DNA of 21,304 nucleotides from a virus (Duplodnaviria; Heunggongvirae; Uroviricota; Caudoviricetes): IMG/VR virus record IMGVR_UViG_2681813224_000001; one strand, 5' to 3'. Shown piece by piece: positions 15,144 to 21,304 of this stretch (position 1 is its first letter; each line of letters starts with the position of its first letter). The notes under the pieces were generated by a model. It saw only the letters and a program-made list of their open reading frames with translations, ran no database searches and was not told where the DNA came from. The position numbers and the translations under genes were made by a program.

Positions 15144-15440
15144 ATGAACGCTTATTACATTCAGGATCGTCTTGAGGCTCAGAGCTGGGCACGTCACTAC
15201 CAGCTGATCGCCCGTGAAGAGAAAGAGGCAGAACTGGCAGACGACATGGAAAAAGGTCTTCCACAACATCTGTTTGAATCACTCTGCATCGATCATTTGC
15301 AACGCTGCGGGGCCAGCAAAAAAGCCATTACCCGTGCGTTTGATGACGATGTTGAGTTTCAGGAGCGCATGGCAGAACACATCCGGTACATGGTTGAAAC
15401 CATTGCTCACCACCAGGTTGATATTGATTCAGAGGTATAA
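15144..15440 (+). CDS. gam: Gam (RecBCD inhibitor), short form
   Basis: 98 aa [107 protein letters not shown] upstream of the ATG. Confidence 0.9.
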   Translation: MNAYYIQDRLEAQSWARHYQLIAREEKEAELADDMEKGLPQHLFESLCIDHLQRCGASKKAITRAFDDDVEFQERMAEHIRYMVETIAHHQVDIDSEV

Positions 15441-15445
15441 AACGG

Positions 15446-16231
15446 ATGAGTACAGCACTCGCAACGCTGGCAGGGAAGCTGGCTGAACGTGTCGGCATGG
15501 ATTCTGTCGACCCACAGGAACTGATCACCACTCTTCGCCAGACGGCATTTAAAGGTGATGCCAGCGATGCGCAGTTCATCGCATTGTTGATCGTCGCCAA
15601 CCAGTACGGCCTTAATCCGTGGACGAAAGAAATTTACGCCTTCCCTGATAAGCAGAACGGCATCGTTCCGGTGGTGGGCGTTGATGGCTGGTCCCGCATC
15701 ATCAATGAAAACCAGCAGTTTGATGGCATGGACTTTGAGCAGGACAATGAATCCTGTACATGCCGGATTTACCGCAAGGACCGTAATCATCCGATCTGCG
15801 TTACCGAATGGATGGATGAATGCCGCCGCGAACCATTCAAAACCCGCGAAGGCAGAGAAATCACCGGACCGTGGCAGTCGCATCCCAAACGGATGTTACG
15901 GCATAAAGCCATGATTCAGTGTGCCCGTCTGGCCTTCGGATTTGCTGGTATCTATGACAAGGATGAAGCCGAGCGCATTGTCGAAAATACCGCATACACT
16001 GCAGAACGTCAGCCGGAACGCGACATCACTCCGGTTAACGATGAAACCATGCAGGAGATTAACACTCTGCTGATTGCCCTGGATAAAACATGGGATGACG
16101 ACTTATTGCCGCTCTGTTCCCAGATATTTCGCCGCGACATTCGAGCATCGTCAGAACTGACACAGGCCGAAGCAGTGAAAGCTCTTGGATTCCTGAAACA
16201 GAAAGCCACTGAGCAGAAGGTGGCAGCATGA
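15446..16231 (+). CDS. bet: Bet (Red-beta single-strand annealing recombinase)
   Basis: 261 aa, lambda Bet-like ([37 protein letters not shown]...). Confidence 0.95.
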   Translation: MSTALATLAGKLAERVGMDSVDPQELITTLRQTAFKGDASDAQFIALLIVANQYGLNPWTKEIYAFPDKQNGIVPVVGVDGWSRIINENQQFDGMDFEQDNESCTCRIYRKDRNHPICVTEWMDECRREPFKTREGREITGPWQSHPKRMLRHKAMIQCARLAFGFAGIYDKDEAERIVENTAYTAERQPERDITPVNDETMQEINTLLIALDKTWDDDLLPLCSQIFRRDIRASSELTQAEAVKALGFLKQKATEQKVAA

Positions 16232-16908
16232 CACCGGACATTATCCTGCAGCGTACCGGGATCGACGTGAGAGCTGTCGAACAGGGGGATGATGCATGGC
16301 ACAAATTACGGCTCGGCGTCATCACCGCTTCAGAGGTTCACAATGTGATAGCAAAACCCCGCTCCGGAAAGAAATGGCCTGACATGAAAATGTCCTACTT
16401 CCACACCCTGCTTGCCGAGGTTTGCACCGGTGTGGCTCCGGAAGTTAACGCTAAGGCGCTGGCCTGGGGAAAACAGTACGAGAACGACGCCAGAGCCCTC
16501 TTTGAGTTCACTTCCGGCGTGAATGTTACTGAATCCCCGATCATCTATCGCGACGAAAGTATGCGCACCGCCTGCTCTCCCGATGGTTTATGCAGTGACG
16601 GCAACGGCCTTGAACTGAAATGCCCGTTTACCTCCCGGGATTTCATGAAGTTCCGGCTCGGTGGTTTCGAGGCCATAAAGTCGGCTTACATGGCCCAGGT
16701 GCAGTACAGCATGTGGGTGACGCGAAAAGATGCCTGGTACTTTGCCAACTATGACCCGCGCATGAAGCGTGAAGGCCTGCATTATGTCGTGATTGAGCGG
16801 GATGAAAATTACATGGCGAGTTTTGACGAGATGGTGCCGGAGTTCATCGAAAAAATGGACGAGGCACTGGCTGAAATTGGTTTTGTATTTGGGGAGCAAT
16901 GGCGATGA
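16228..16908 (+). CDS. exo: Exo (lambda exonuclease, Red-alpha)
   Basis: 226 aa, lambda Exo-like ([44 protein letters not shown]...); overlaps the bet stop. Confidence 0.95.
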   Translation: MTPDIILQRTGIDVRAVEQGDDAWHKLRLGVITASEVHNVIAKPRSGKKWPDMKMSYFHTLLAEVCTGVAPEVNAKALAWGKQYENDARALFEFTSGVNVTESPIIYRDESMRTACSPDGLCSDGNGLELKCPFTSRDFMKFRLGGFEAIKSAYMAQVQYSMWVTRKDAWYFANYDPRMKREGLHYVVIERDENYMASFDEMVPEFIEKMDEALAEIGFVFGEQWR

Positions 16909-17087
16909 AGCATCCTCACGATAATATCCGGGTAGGCGCGATCACTTTCGTCTACTCCGTTACAAAGCGAGGCTGGGTATTTCCCGGTCTTTCTGTTATC
17001 CGAAATCCACTGAAAGCACAGCGGCTGGCTGAAGAGATAAATAATAAACGAGGGGCTGTATGCACAAAGCATCTCCTGTTGAATTAA
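16905..17087 (+). CDS. exo-xis region protein, orf60a-like
   Basis: [60 protein letters not shown]; start overlaps the exo stop. Confidence 0.6.
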   Translation: MKHPHDNIRVGAITFVYSVTKRGWVFPGLSVIRNPLKAQRLAEEINNKRGAVCTKHLLLN

Positions 17088-17251
17088 GAACGAGTATCGA
17101 GATGGCACATAGCCTTGCTCAAATTGGAGTCAGGTTTGTGCCAATACCAGTAGAAACAGACGAAGAATTTCATACGTTAGCCGCATCCCTTTCACAAAAG
17201 CTGGAAATGATGGCGGCGAAAGCAGAAGCAAACGAGAGAGACCCGGCATGA
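17060..17251 (+). CDS. exo-xis region protein, orf63-like
   Basis: 63-aa [66 protein letters not shown] in the lambda orf63 position. Confidence 0.55.
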   Translation: MHKASPVELRTSIEMAHSLAQIGVRFVPIPVETDEEFHTLAASLSQKLEMMAAKAEANERDPA

Positions 17252-17331
17252 CAACAACAGAATGCATTTTTCTGGCAGCGGGCTTCATATTCTGTGTGCT
17301 TATGCTTGCCGACATGGGACTTGTTCAATGA
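17248..17331 (+). CDS. Small hydrophobic peptide (27 aa), translationally coupled on both sides
   Basis: MTTTECIFLAAGFIFCVLMLADMGLVQ; its ATG overlaps the orf63 stop (ATGA) and its stop overlaps the orf61 start (ATGA). Below the track cutoff. Confidence 0.35.
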   Translation: MTTTECIFLAAGFIFCVLMLADMGLVQ

Positions 17332-17543
17332 CACCTCAGCAAGAAAACGCCCTTCGCAGCATTGCCCGTCAGGCTAATTCTGAAATCAAAAAAGCCAGAC
17401 AGCAGTTTCCGGATAAAAACGTCGATGACATTTGCCGTAGCGTACTGAAGAAGCACCGCGAAACGGTAACGCTGATGGGATTCACACCGACTCATTTAAG
17501 CCTGGCAATCGGCATGTTAAACGGCGTTTTTAAGGAACGGTGA
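17328..17543 (+). CDS. exo-xis region protein, orf61-like
   Basis: MTPQQENALRSIARQANSEIKKARQQFPDKNVDDICRSVLKKHRETVTLMGFTPTHLSLAIGMLNGVFKER from the internal ATG at 17328. Confidence 0.55.
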   Translation: MTPQQENALRSIARQANSEIKKARQQFPDKNVDDICRSVLKKHRETVTLMGFTPTHLSLAIGMLNGVFKER

Positions 17544-17641
17544 ACATGAAAAGCAAAATCATCAGGGAGCTACAGGCTCCTTTTTTATTATTCGCATTTA
17601 CCCTCAAGCGTATTAACCAACAATTCAGGGATTAATGAAAG

Positions 17642-17863
17642 ATGGCGGACATCATTGATTCAGCATCAGAAATTGAAGAATTACAGCGCAATACAGCAAT
17701 AAAAATGCGTCGTCTGAACTACCAGACTATATCCGCCACTCATTGTTGTGAGTGTGGCGATCCCATAGATGAACGAAGACGCCTGGTCGTTCAGGGTTGT
17801 CGGACTTGTGCAAGTTGCCAGGAGGATCTGGAGCTTATCAGTAAACAGAGAGGTTCGAAGTGA
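17642..17863 (+). CDS. TraR/DksA-family C4 zinc-finger protein (lambda orf73-like)
   Basis: 73 aa with CCECGDPIDERRR...CRTCASC, a four-Cys zinc finger typical of phage TraR-like proteins. Confidence 0.75.
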   Translation: MADIIDSASEIEELQRNTAIKMRRLNYQTISATHCCECGDPIDERRRLVVQGCRTCASCQEDLELISKQRGSK

Positions 17864-18267
17864 GCGAAATTAACTCTCAGGCACTGCGTGAAGCGGCAGA
17901 GAAAGCCGGTGAAGATAAGTGGCAGGCTAAAAAAATAAATGGTGATTTTTTCGTTATTCGTCACGGTAGTTATACAAGACAGCATGGCTACACATCGTAT
18001 CAACCCATTGCGGAGATTGATTGTAAGCCAGTCCGGGATTTTGTTGCCAAGGCTAATCCGGCTACCGTGCTGGAATTACTGGATGAACTGGAAGCAGCAA
18101 AAAAGCGCATTGCAGAACTGGAAGCGCGGGAAATACTGCTCCCGGAACGTAGCAGCATGCTTCATCGAACAGATTTTCACGATGATTACCAAACGGTAAT
18201 GGCATACAAAGTTTCTGAAGTCATCGATGCAATCCGCGCTACTGGCATTCGCATCAAAGGAGAGTGA
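17860..18267 (+). CDS. Ead/Ea22-like protein
   Basis: 135 aa, GTG start overlapping the upstream stop; coiled-coil segment LELLDELEAAKKRIAELEAREI; position matches the lambda ea22 region. Confidence 0.55.
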   Translation: MSEINSQALREAAEKAGEDKWQAKKINGDFFVIRHGSYTRQHGYTSYQPIAEIDCKPVRDFVAKANPATVLELLDELEAAKKRIAELEAREILLPERSSMLHRTDFHDDYQTVMAYKVSEVIDAIRATGIRIKGE

Positions 18268-18268
18268 G

Positions 18269-19024
18269 ATGATTCACTACCACGGTGGGCCTATTACTCC
18301 TGATACGTGCGCAATGAGAGCATGGAAAGGGCGACATGCGTTTATCAGTTTTGCGCATTCAGGCCAGATCAATCTCGCGGCTGAATACTGTCAGTCGTTC
18401 GCGCTGGACAACGGTGCATTCACCGCCTGGAAAGCAGCTGGCAAAAACAAAATCGACTGGAGCGATTACTACGAGTTTGTTGCTCGCTGGAAGAATCACC
18501 CAGGATTCGATTTTGCCATTATCCCGGATGTTATTGATGGCGGAGAGGAGGAAAATGATGCGCTTCTGAATGAGTGGCCTCACGGAAAACTAGCTGGCGT
18601 TCCAGTGTGGCACGTGAATGAAAGTGACGAGCGATTTATTCATTTGTGCAATGAGTTTCCGCGAGTGGCTATCGGTAGTTGTGGCGACTATGACGTAAAG
18701 CGCCCAACTCTTGCGGTAGCCAGAATGAAAGACCTGATTCGTCACATTGTTGATGGGCATGGTCAGCCGGTTACGAAACTACATGGATTGCGCATGTTAA
18801 ATCCGCTGATATTCACAAAATTACCCTTAGCCAGCGCAGATAGTACGAACGTCGCTCGAAACATCGGTATTGATAAAGCCTGGTCTGGGGCTTATGCACC
18901 TGCAAGTAAAGAGACACGCGCAGCATTAATGGTAGAACGGATTGAGGCACACAATAGCCCTGGTTCTCTTGCGTATTGTGAACAACGCGACCGCTTTGAA
19001 ATGCAATTGCAACTAGCACTTTAA
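18269..19024 (+). CDS. Hypothetical protein (251 aa)
   Basis: ATG at 18269 with aaaggagag RBS, 1 nt after the upstream stop (MIHYHGGPITPDTCAMRAWKGRHAFISFAHSG...). No family recognised with confidence. Confidence 0.6.
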   Translation: MIHYHGGPITPDTCAMRAWKGRHAFISFAHSGQINLAAEYCQSFALDNGAFTAWKAAGKNKIDWSDYYEFVARWKNHPGFDFAIIPDVIDGGEEENDALLNEWPHGKLAGVPVWHVNESDERFIHLCNEFPRVAIGSCGDYDVKRPTLAVARMKDLIRHIVDGHGQPVTKLHGLRMLNPLIFTKLPLASADSTNVARNIGIDKAWSGAYAPASKETRAALMVERIEAHNSPGSLAYCEQRDRFEMQLQLAL

Positions 19025-19034
19025 GGACTAACAA

Positions 19035-19817
19035 ATGACCACTATTACCAAAGAACGTATTGAATTGTTCATTAAAAATCCGCTTGAAAACGGGCTTACT
19101 CGTGGCGAACAAATGGAACTGGCACGAATTGCACTGGCATCACTGGAACGCGAACTGATTCGCCACGAGCATGCCAAATGGTCTGACTCCACATTTGGCT
19201 GCGTTGGCCCCATTGGTCCACTGAAACACCTCTCAAAAGAGGCTCTGGAAGCCGCAGCCGAACCAGACGATCTCAGCGAGTGGGCTGATATGCATTTCCT
19301 GTTGTGGGATGCACAGCGCCGTGCTGGCATCAGCGATGCTGAAATTACCGCTGCTATGGAAGATAAATTGAAGATCAACATGGAGCGCCAGTGGCCTGAA
19401 CCAAAAGATGGTGAGCCTCGCTTGCACATTAAAGAACCCGGCAACTCTCCGGTAATTCCGGATGGTTTATCCACGGTATGCGCTGAGGCTTATCAGGTTG
19501 TAGGAGTTATGGCAGATGCGCTTGGTGTATTCGGTGATGCAGCAGTACAGAAAGTTCTGGATAACCTGTCACAGCAAAAACTTGTTCACAGAGATGTGCT
19601 GCCGTTCTCGCTTCCGGTAACTCCGGATGGTTGGATAAGCTGTAGTGAGCTAATGCCGGATAAGTTAATTCCGGTAATGGTCATGTATGAAGACGGTGAG
19701 ATGTGGTCTGCAATGTGGAATGGCAATCGCTGGGATGATGGCACCGAATATCCGGATCCGCACTCAGTTACGCACTGGCGTGAAATGCCAGCAGCACCGC
19801 AGCAGGAGGTGAAGTGA
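19035..19817 (+). CDS. DUF550/DUF551-like two-domain phage protein (N-terminal pyrophosphohydrolase-like region)
   Basis: 260 aa; C-terminal segment WISCSELMPDKLIPVMVMYEDGEMWSAMWNGNRWDDGTEYPDPHSVTHWREMP resembles the phage DUF551 module. Domain assignment is from memory, not a search. Confidence 0.6.
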   Translation: MTTITKERIELFIKNPLENGLTRGEQMELARIALASLERELIRHEHAKWSDSTFGCVGPIGPLKHLSKEALEAAAEPDDLSEWADMHFLLWDAQRRAGISDAEITAAMEDKLKINMERQWPEPKDGEPRLHIKEPGNSPVIPDGLSTVCAEAYQVVGVMADALGVFGDAAVQKVLDNLSQQKLVHRDVLPFSLPVTPDGWISCSELMPDKLIPVMVMYEDGEMWSAMWNGNRWDDGTEYPDPHSVTHWREMPAAPQQEVK

Positions 19818-20095
19818 TGGACTCCTTCGCGAAATATACGATTATTGACTGGATAGCATTCCTTCAGGTTTTGCTCATCTGGTTTTATATGGCTTACAGG
19901 AGTGGGCAGTGGATTGTCAGTGTAGCCTGTAGCAAGGGATGGCGTTGGTGGAACCGAAAGAATAAAAAAGCGCTGGCCTTGGATTCGTTTTACGAAGCAT
20001 TCAATCTTAACAGTCTTCAGCCTGGTTATGTCATTGTAGTCACCACTCAAAGCGGCATGACCATTCAGATTCATAAACCAAAAGAGGAAAAATGA
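19817..20095 (+). CDS. Hypothetical protein with predicted membrane helix
   Basis: 92 aa from the ATG at 19817 (MDSFAKYTIIDWIAFLQVLLIWFYMAY...), overlapping the upstream stop. Confidence 0.5.
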   Translation: MDSFAKYTIIDWIAFLQVLLIWFYMAYRSGQWIVSVACSKGWRWWNRKNKKALALDSFYEAFNLNSLQPGYVIVVTTQSGMTIQIHKPKEEK

Positions 20096-20181
20096 TGTGG
20101 CCTATATGTGTTAATTGCGGACGGATGTGCCTATCTGGATGGTGCCGAAAGTGCGACAAATGCACGAAGAAAAGACAATAA
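20092..20181 (+). CDS. Cys-rich mini-protein (29 aa), zinc-ribbon-like
   Basis: MMWPICVNCGRMCLSGWCRKCDKCTKKRQ with six Cys in CxxC-type spacing; strong RBS (agaggaaaa-ATG); overlaps the upstream stop. Preferred over the 66-aa track ORF at 20108-20308 in another frame. Confidence 0.4.
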   Translation: MMWPICVNCGRMCLSGWCRKCDKCTKKRQ

Positions 20182-20252
20182 CAATCCTCGCACTGACGGG
20201 GATTTCTTTTATCTGAACTCGCTACGGCGAGTTTTGTTTTATGGAGATGATT

Positions 20253-20552
20253 ATGGCCTGTTCAACATTCAACCCTTTAACGTTACAGAAATACCAGCCA
20301 GACCCTGAAGATTTATGCTCACTGTGTGGCGGAAATCATGGTAAAGCTGCCATGATCGAATGTAAGGACAAAATCCACATATGCCTTAATTGCGTTGATG
20401 TCCTCGTTGATATCAAAAATGAAAGAGAAGATAAAAAGCGTAGCGAGGCTATTCGCGCCTTAGATTCATGGATGCGAGATGGGTATAGTGCTGCGCAAAT
20501 TTATGACTTAGCCATTTCAAAAGGCGAAATACCAGGTGTGCGAATCGAATAA
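20253..20552 (+). CDS. Hypothetical protein with two CxxC pairs (zinc-finger-like)
   Basis: 99 aa from the ATG at 20253 (RBS ggagatg); CSLCGG...CLNC motifs. Confidence 0.5.
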   Translation: MACSTFNPLTLQKYQPDPEDLCSLCGGNHGKAAMIECKDKIHICLNCVDVLVDIKNEREDKKRSEAIRALDSWMRDGYSAAQIYDLAISKGEIPGVRIE

Positions 20553-20587
20553 GAAGCGCACTCAAGCATCTTTTGGGGAAATCACAA

Positions 20588-20755
20588 ATGCACTTCCGAG
20601 TCACAGGTGAATTGAATGGAGAACCATTCAACAGAGTTATCGAAGCAGAGGACATCAACGACTGCTATGACCACTGGATGATATGGGCGCAGATAGCACA
20701 TGCAGACGTAACCAATATTCGAATTGAAGAACTGAAAGAACACCAAGCCGCCTGA
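20588..20755 (+). CDS. Hypothetical small protein
   Basis: 55 aa from the ATG at 20588 (MHFRVTGELNGEPFNRVIEAEDINDCYDHWMIWAQIAHADVTNIRIEELKEHQAA); its stop lies in the loop of the following terminator. Confidence 0.4.
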   Translation: MHFRVTGELNGEPFNRVIEAEDINDCYDHWMIWAQIAHADVTNIRIEELKEHQAA

Positions 20756-20769
20756 TGGCGGTTTTTTTT
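20747..20769 (+). terminator. Intrinsic terminator
   Basis: Stem gccgcc/ggcggc with loop tgat at 20747-20761 followed by T8. Confidence 0.7.
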
Positions 20770-20783
20770 ATTGGAGACAAGAA

Positions 20784-21128
20784 ATGTCAGATTTGGCTAT
20801 GAAGGTTTTGAAATGGCAATCGACTGGCGATGTTGGCATCAGTAGCGCAACTCTTGCCTCAATCGCATGTGGACTGAAAAAGAATATCTATGGTCATCAC
20901 TTCGGCGCTCCCCATGACGCAGCCGATTTCAGACGATGCGTTGCACTTGTTGAGCAGATTCCAGAAATCAGAGATTCATTCAACAAGGTTGCAAAGCGCG
21001 TTCCGGCATTCAAAGGAATCCTCAACGAATGGGATTCCCTCGTTGCTCTGTTGAAGTCTGAAATGAAGATACACGGAAACAAAGCACCAGAGACTTACAG
21101 AAGAATCAGCGAGCTACGCAAGGACTAA
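20784..21128 (+). CDS. Hypothetical protein (114 aa) upstream of xis
   Basis: ATG at 20784 with ggagacaag RBS directly after a terminator; no family recognised. Confidence 0.55.
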   Translation: MSDLAMKVLKWQSTGDVGISSATLASIACGLKKNIYGHHFGAPHDAADFRRCVALVEQIPEIRDSFNKVAKRVPAFKGILNEWDSLVALLKSEMKIHGNKAPETYRRISELRKD

Positions 21129-21197
21129 CCATGAAATAACACCGCCTCACACTCGGTGAGGCCTGTTCATTGCTCAATGATATCCAGACCTACCATC

Positions 21198-21218
21198 GCC
21201 GCATCAATGCGGCTTTTT
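21198..21218 (+). terminator. Terminator-like hairpin upstream of xis
   Basis: gccgcatcaatgcggc hairpin followed by T5. Confidence 0.45.
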
Positions 21219-21245
21219 CTTGCGTGTAATTGCGGAGACTTTGCG

Positions 21246-21304
21246 ATGTACTTGACACTTCAGGAGTGGAACGCTCGCCAGCGACGCCCAAGAAGCCTTG
21301 AAAC
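21246..21304 (+). CDS. xis: Excisionase Xis, 5' fragment (gene runs off the window end)
   Basis: ATG at 21246 followed by MYLTLQEWNARQRRPRSLET, matching the lambda Xis N-terminus as recalled. Confidence 0.75.
   Translation, partial: MYLTLQEWNARQRRPRSLE

Noticed and set aside
15214-16325. Overlapping ORFs on both strands within gam, bet and exo
   Set aside because: Antisense or alternative frames of near-lambda-identical genes.
17130-17315. 61-aa minus-strand ORF
   Set aside because: Antisense to the coupled orf63, mini-peptide and orf61 series.
17791-18583. ORFs 17791-18003 (minus), 17939-18199 (plus), 18336-18569 (plus) and 18359-18583 (minus)
   Set aside because: Alternative frames or antisense of the Ea22-like and 251-aa genes.
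18813-20074. Minus-strand ORFs 18813-19112, 19028-19474, 19233-19427 and 19586-20074
   Set aside because: Antisense to a contiguous, tightly coupled plus-strand gene series; no RBSs.
20449-21082. Minus-strand ORFs 20449-20658 and 20897-21082
   Set aside because: Antisense to plus-strand genes and crossing a plus-strand terminator.

Overview
This window is a lambdoid, Shiga-toxin-1-converting prophage segment, read in the opposite orientation to the standard lambda map. All calls are from reading the sequence and ORF track and from recalled protein families; no searches were run. Minus strand, low to high coordinates: stx1B, stx1A, a Fur box, two intrinsic terminators, Q (144 aa, non-lambda type), ninH, ninG, a Rha/Roi-like antirepressor, an ORF6N-domain protein, ninE, a phage Dam-type N6-adenine methyltransferase, ninB, a Lar-like protein, two unknown small genes, a tR2-like terminator, ren, P, O (with six ori iterons), cII (with antisense oop RNA), nutR and cro. 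Plus strand: cI (LexA-like S24 repressor), an accessory module in the cI-pL slot (113-aa ORF, 153-aa ORF, 348-aa Hanks-type Ser/Thr/Tyr kinase, 54-aa basic ORF, terminator), OL/pL, nutL, N, an unknown 207-aa gene, a 7-base assembly gap, cIII, kil, gam, bet, exo, lambda-like exo-xis region ORFs (orf60a/63/61, TraR-like, Ea22-like), several unknown genes, and the 5' end of xis at the window edge. The strongest candidate for a defence/exclusion system is the AT-rich kinase module between cI and pL, the position lambda uses for rexAB. The kinase resembles the Stk kinase I recall from phage 933W; its co-encoded small proteins are to my knowledge uncharacterised.
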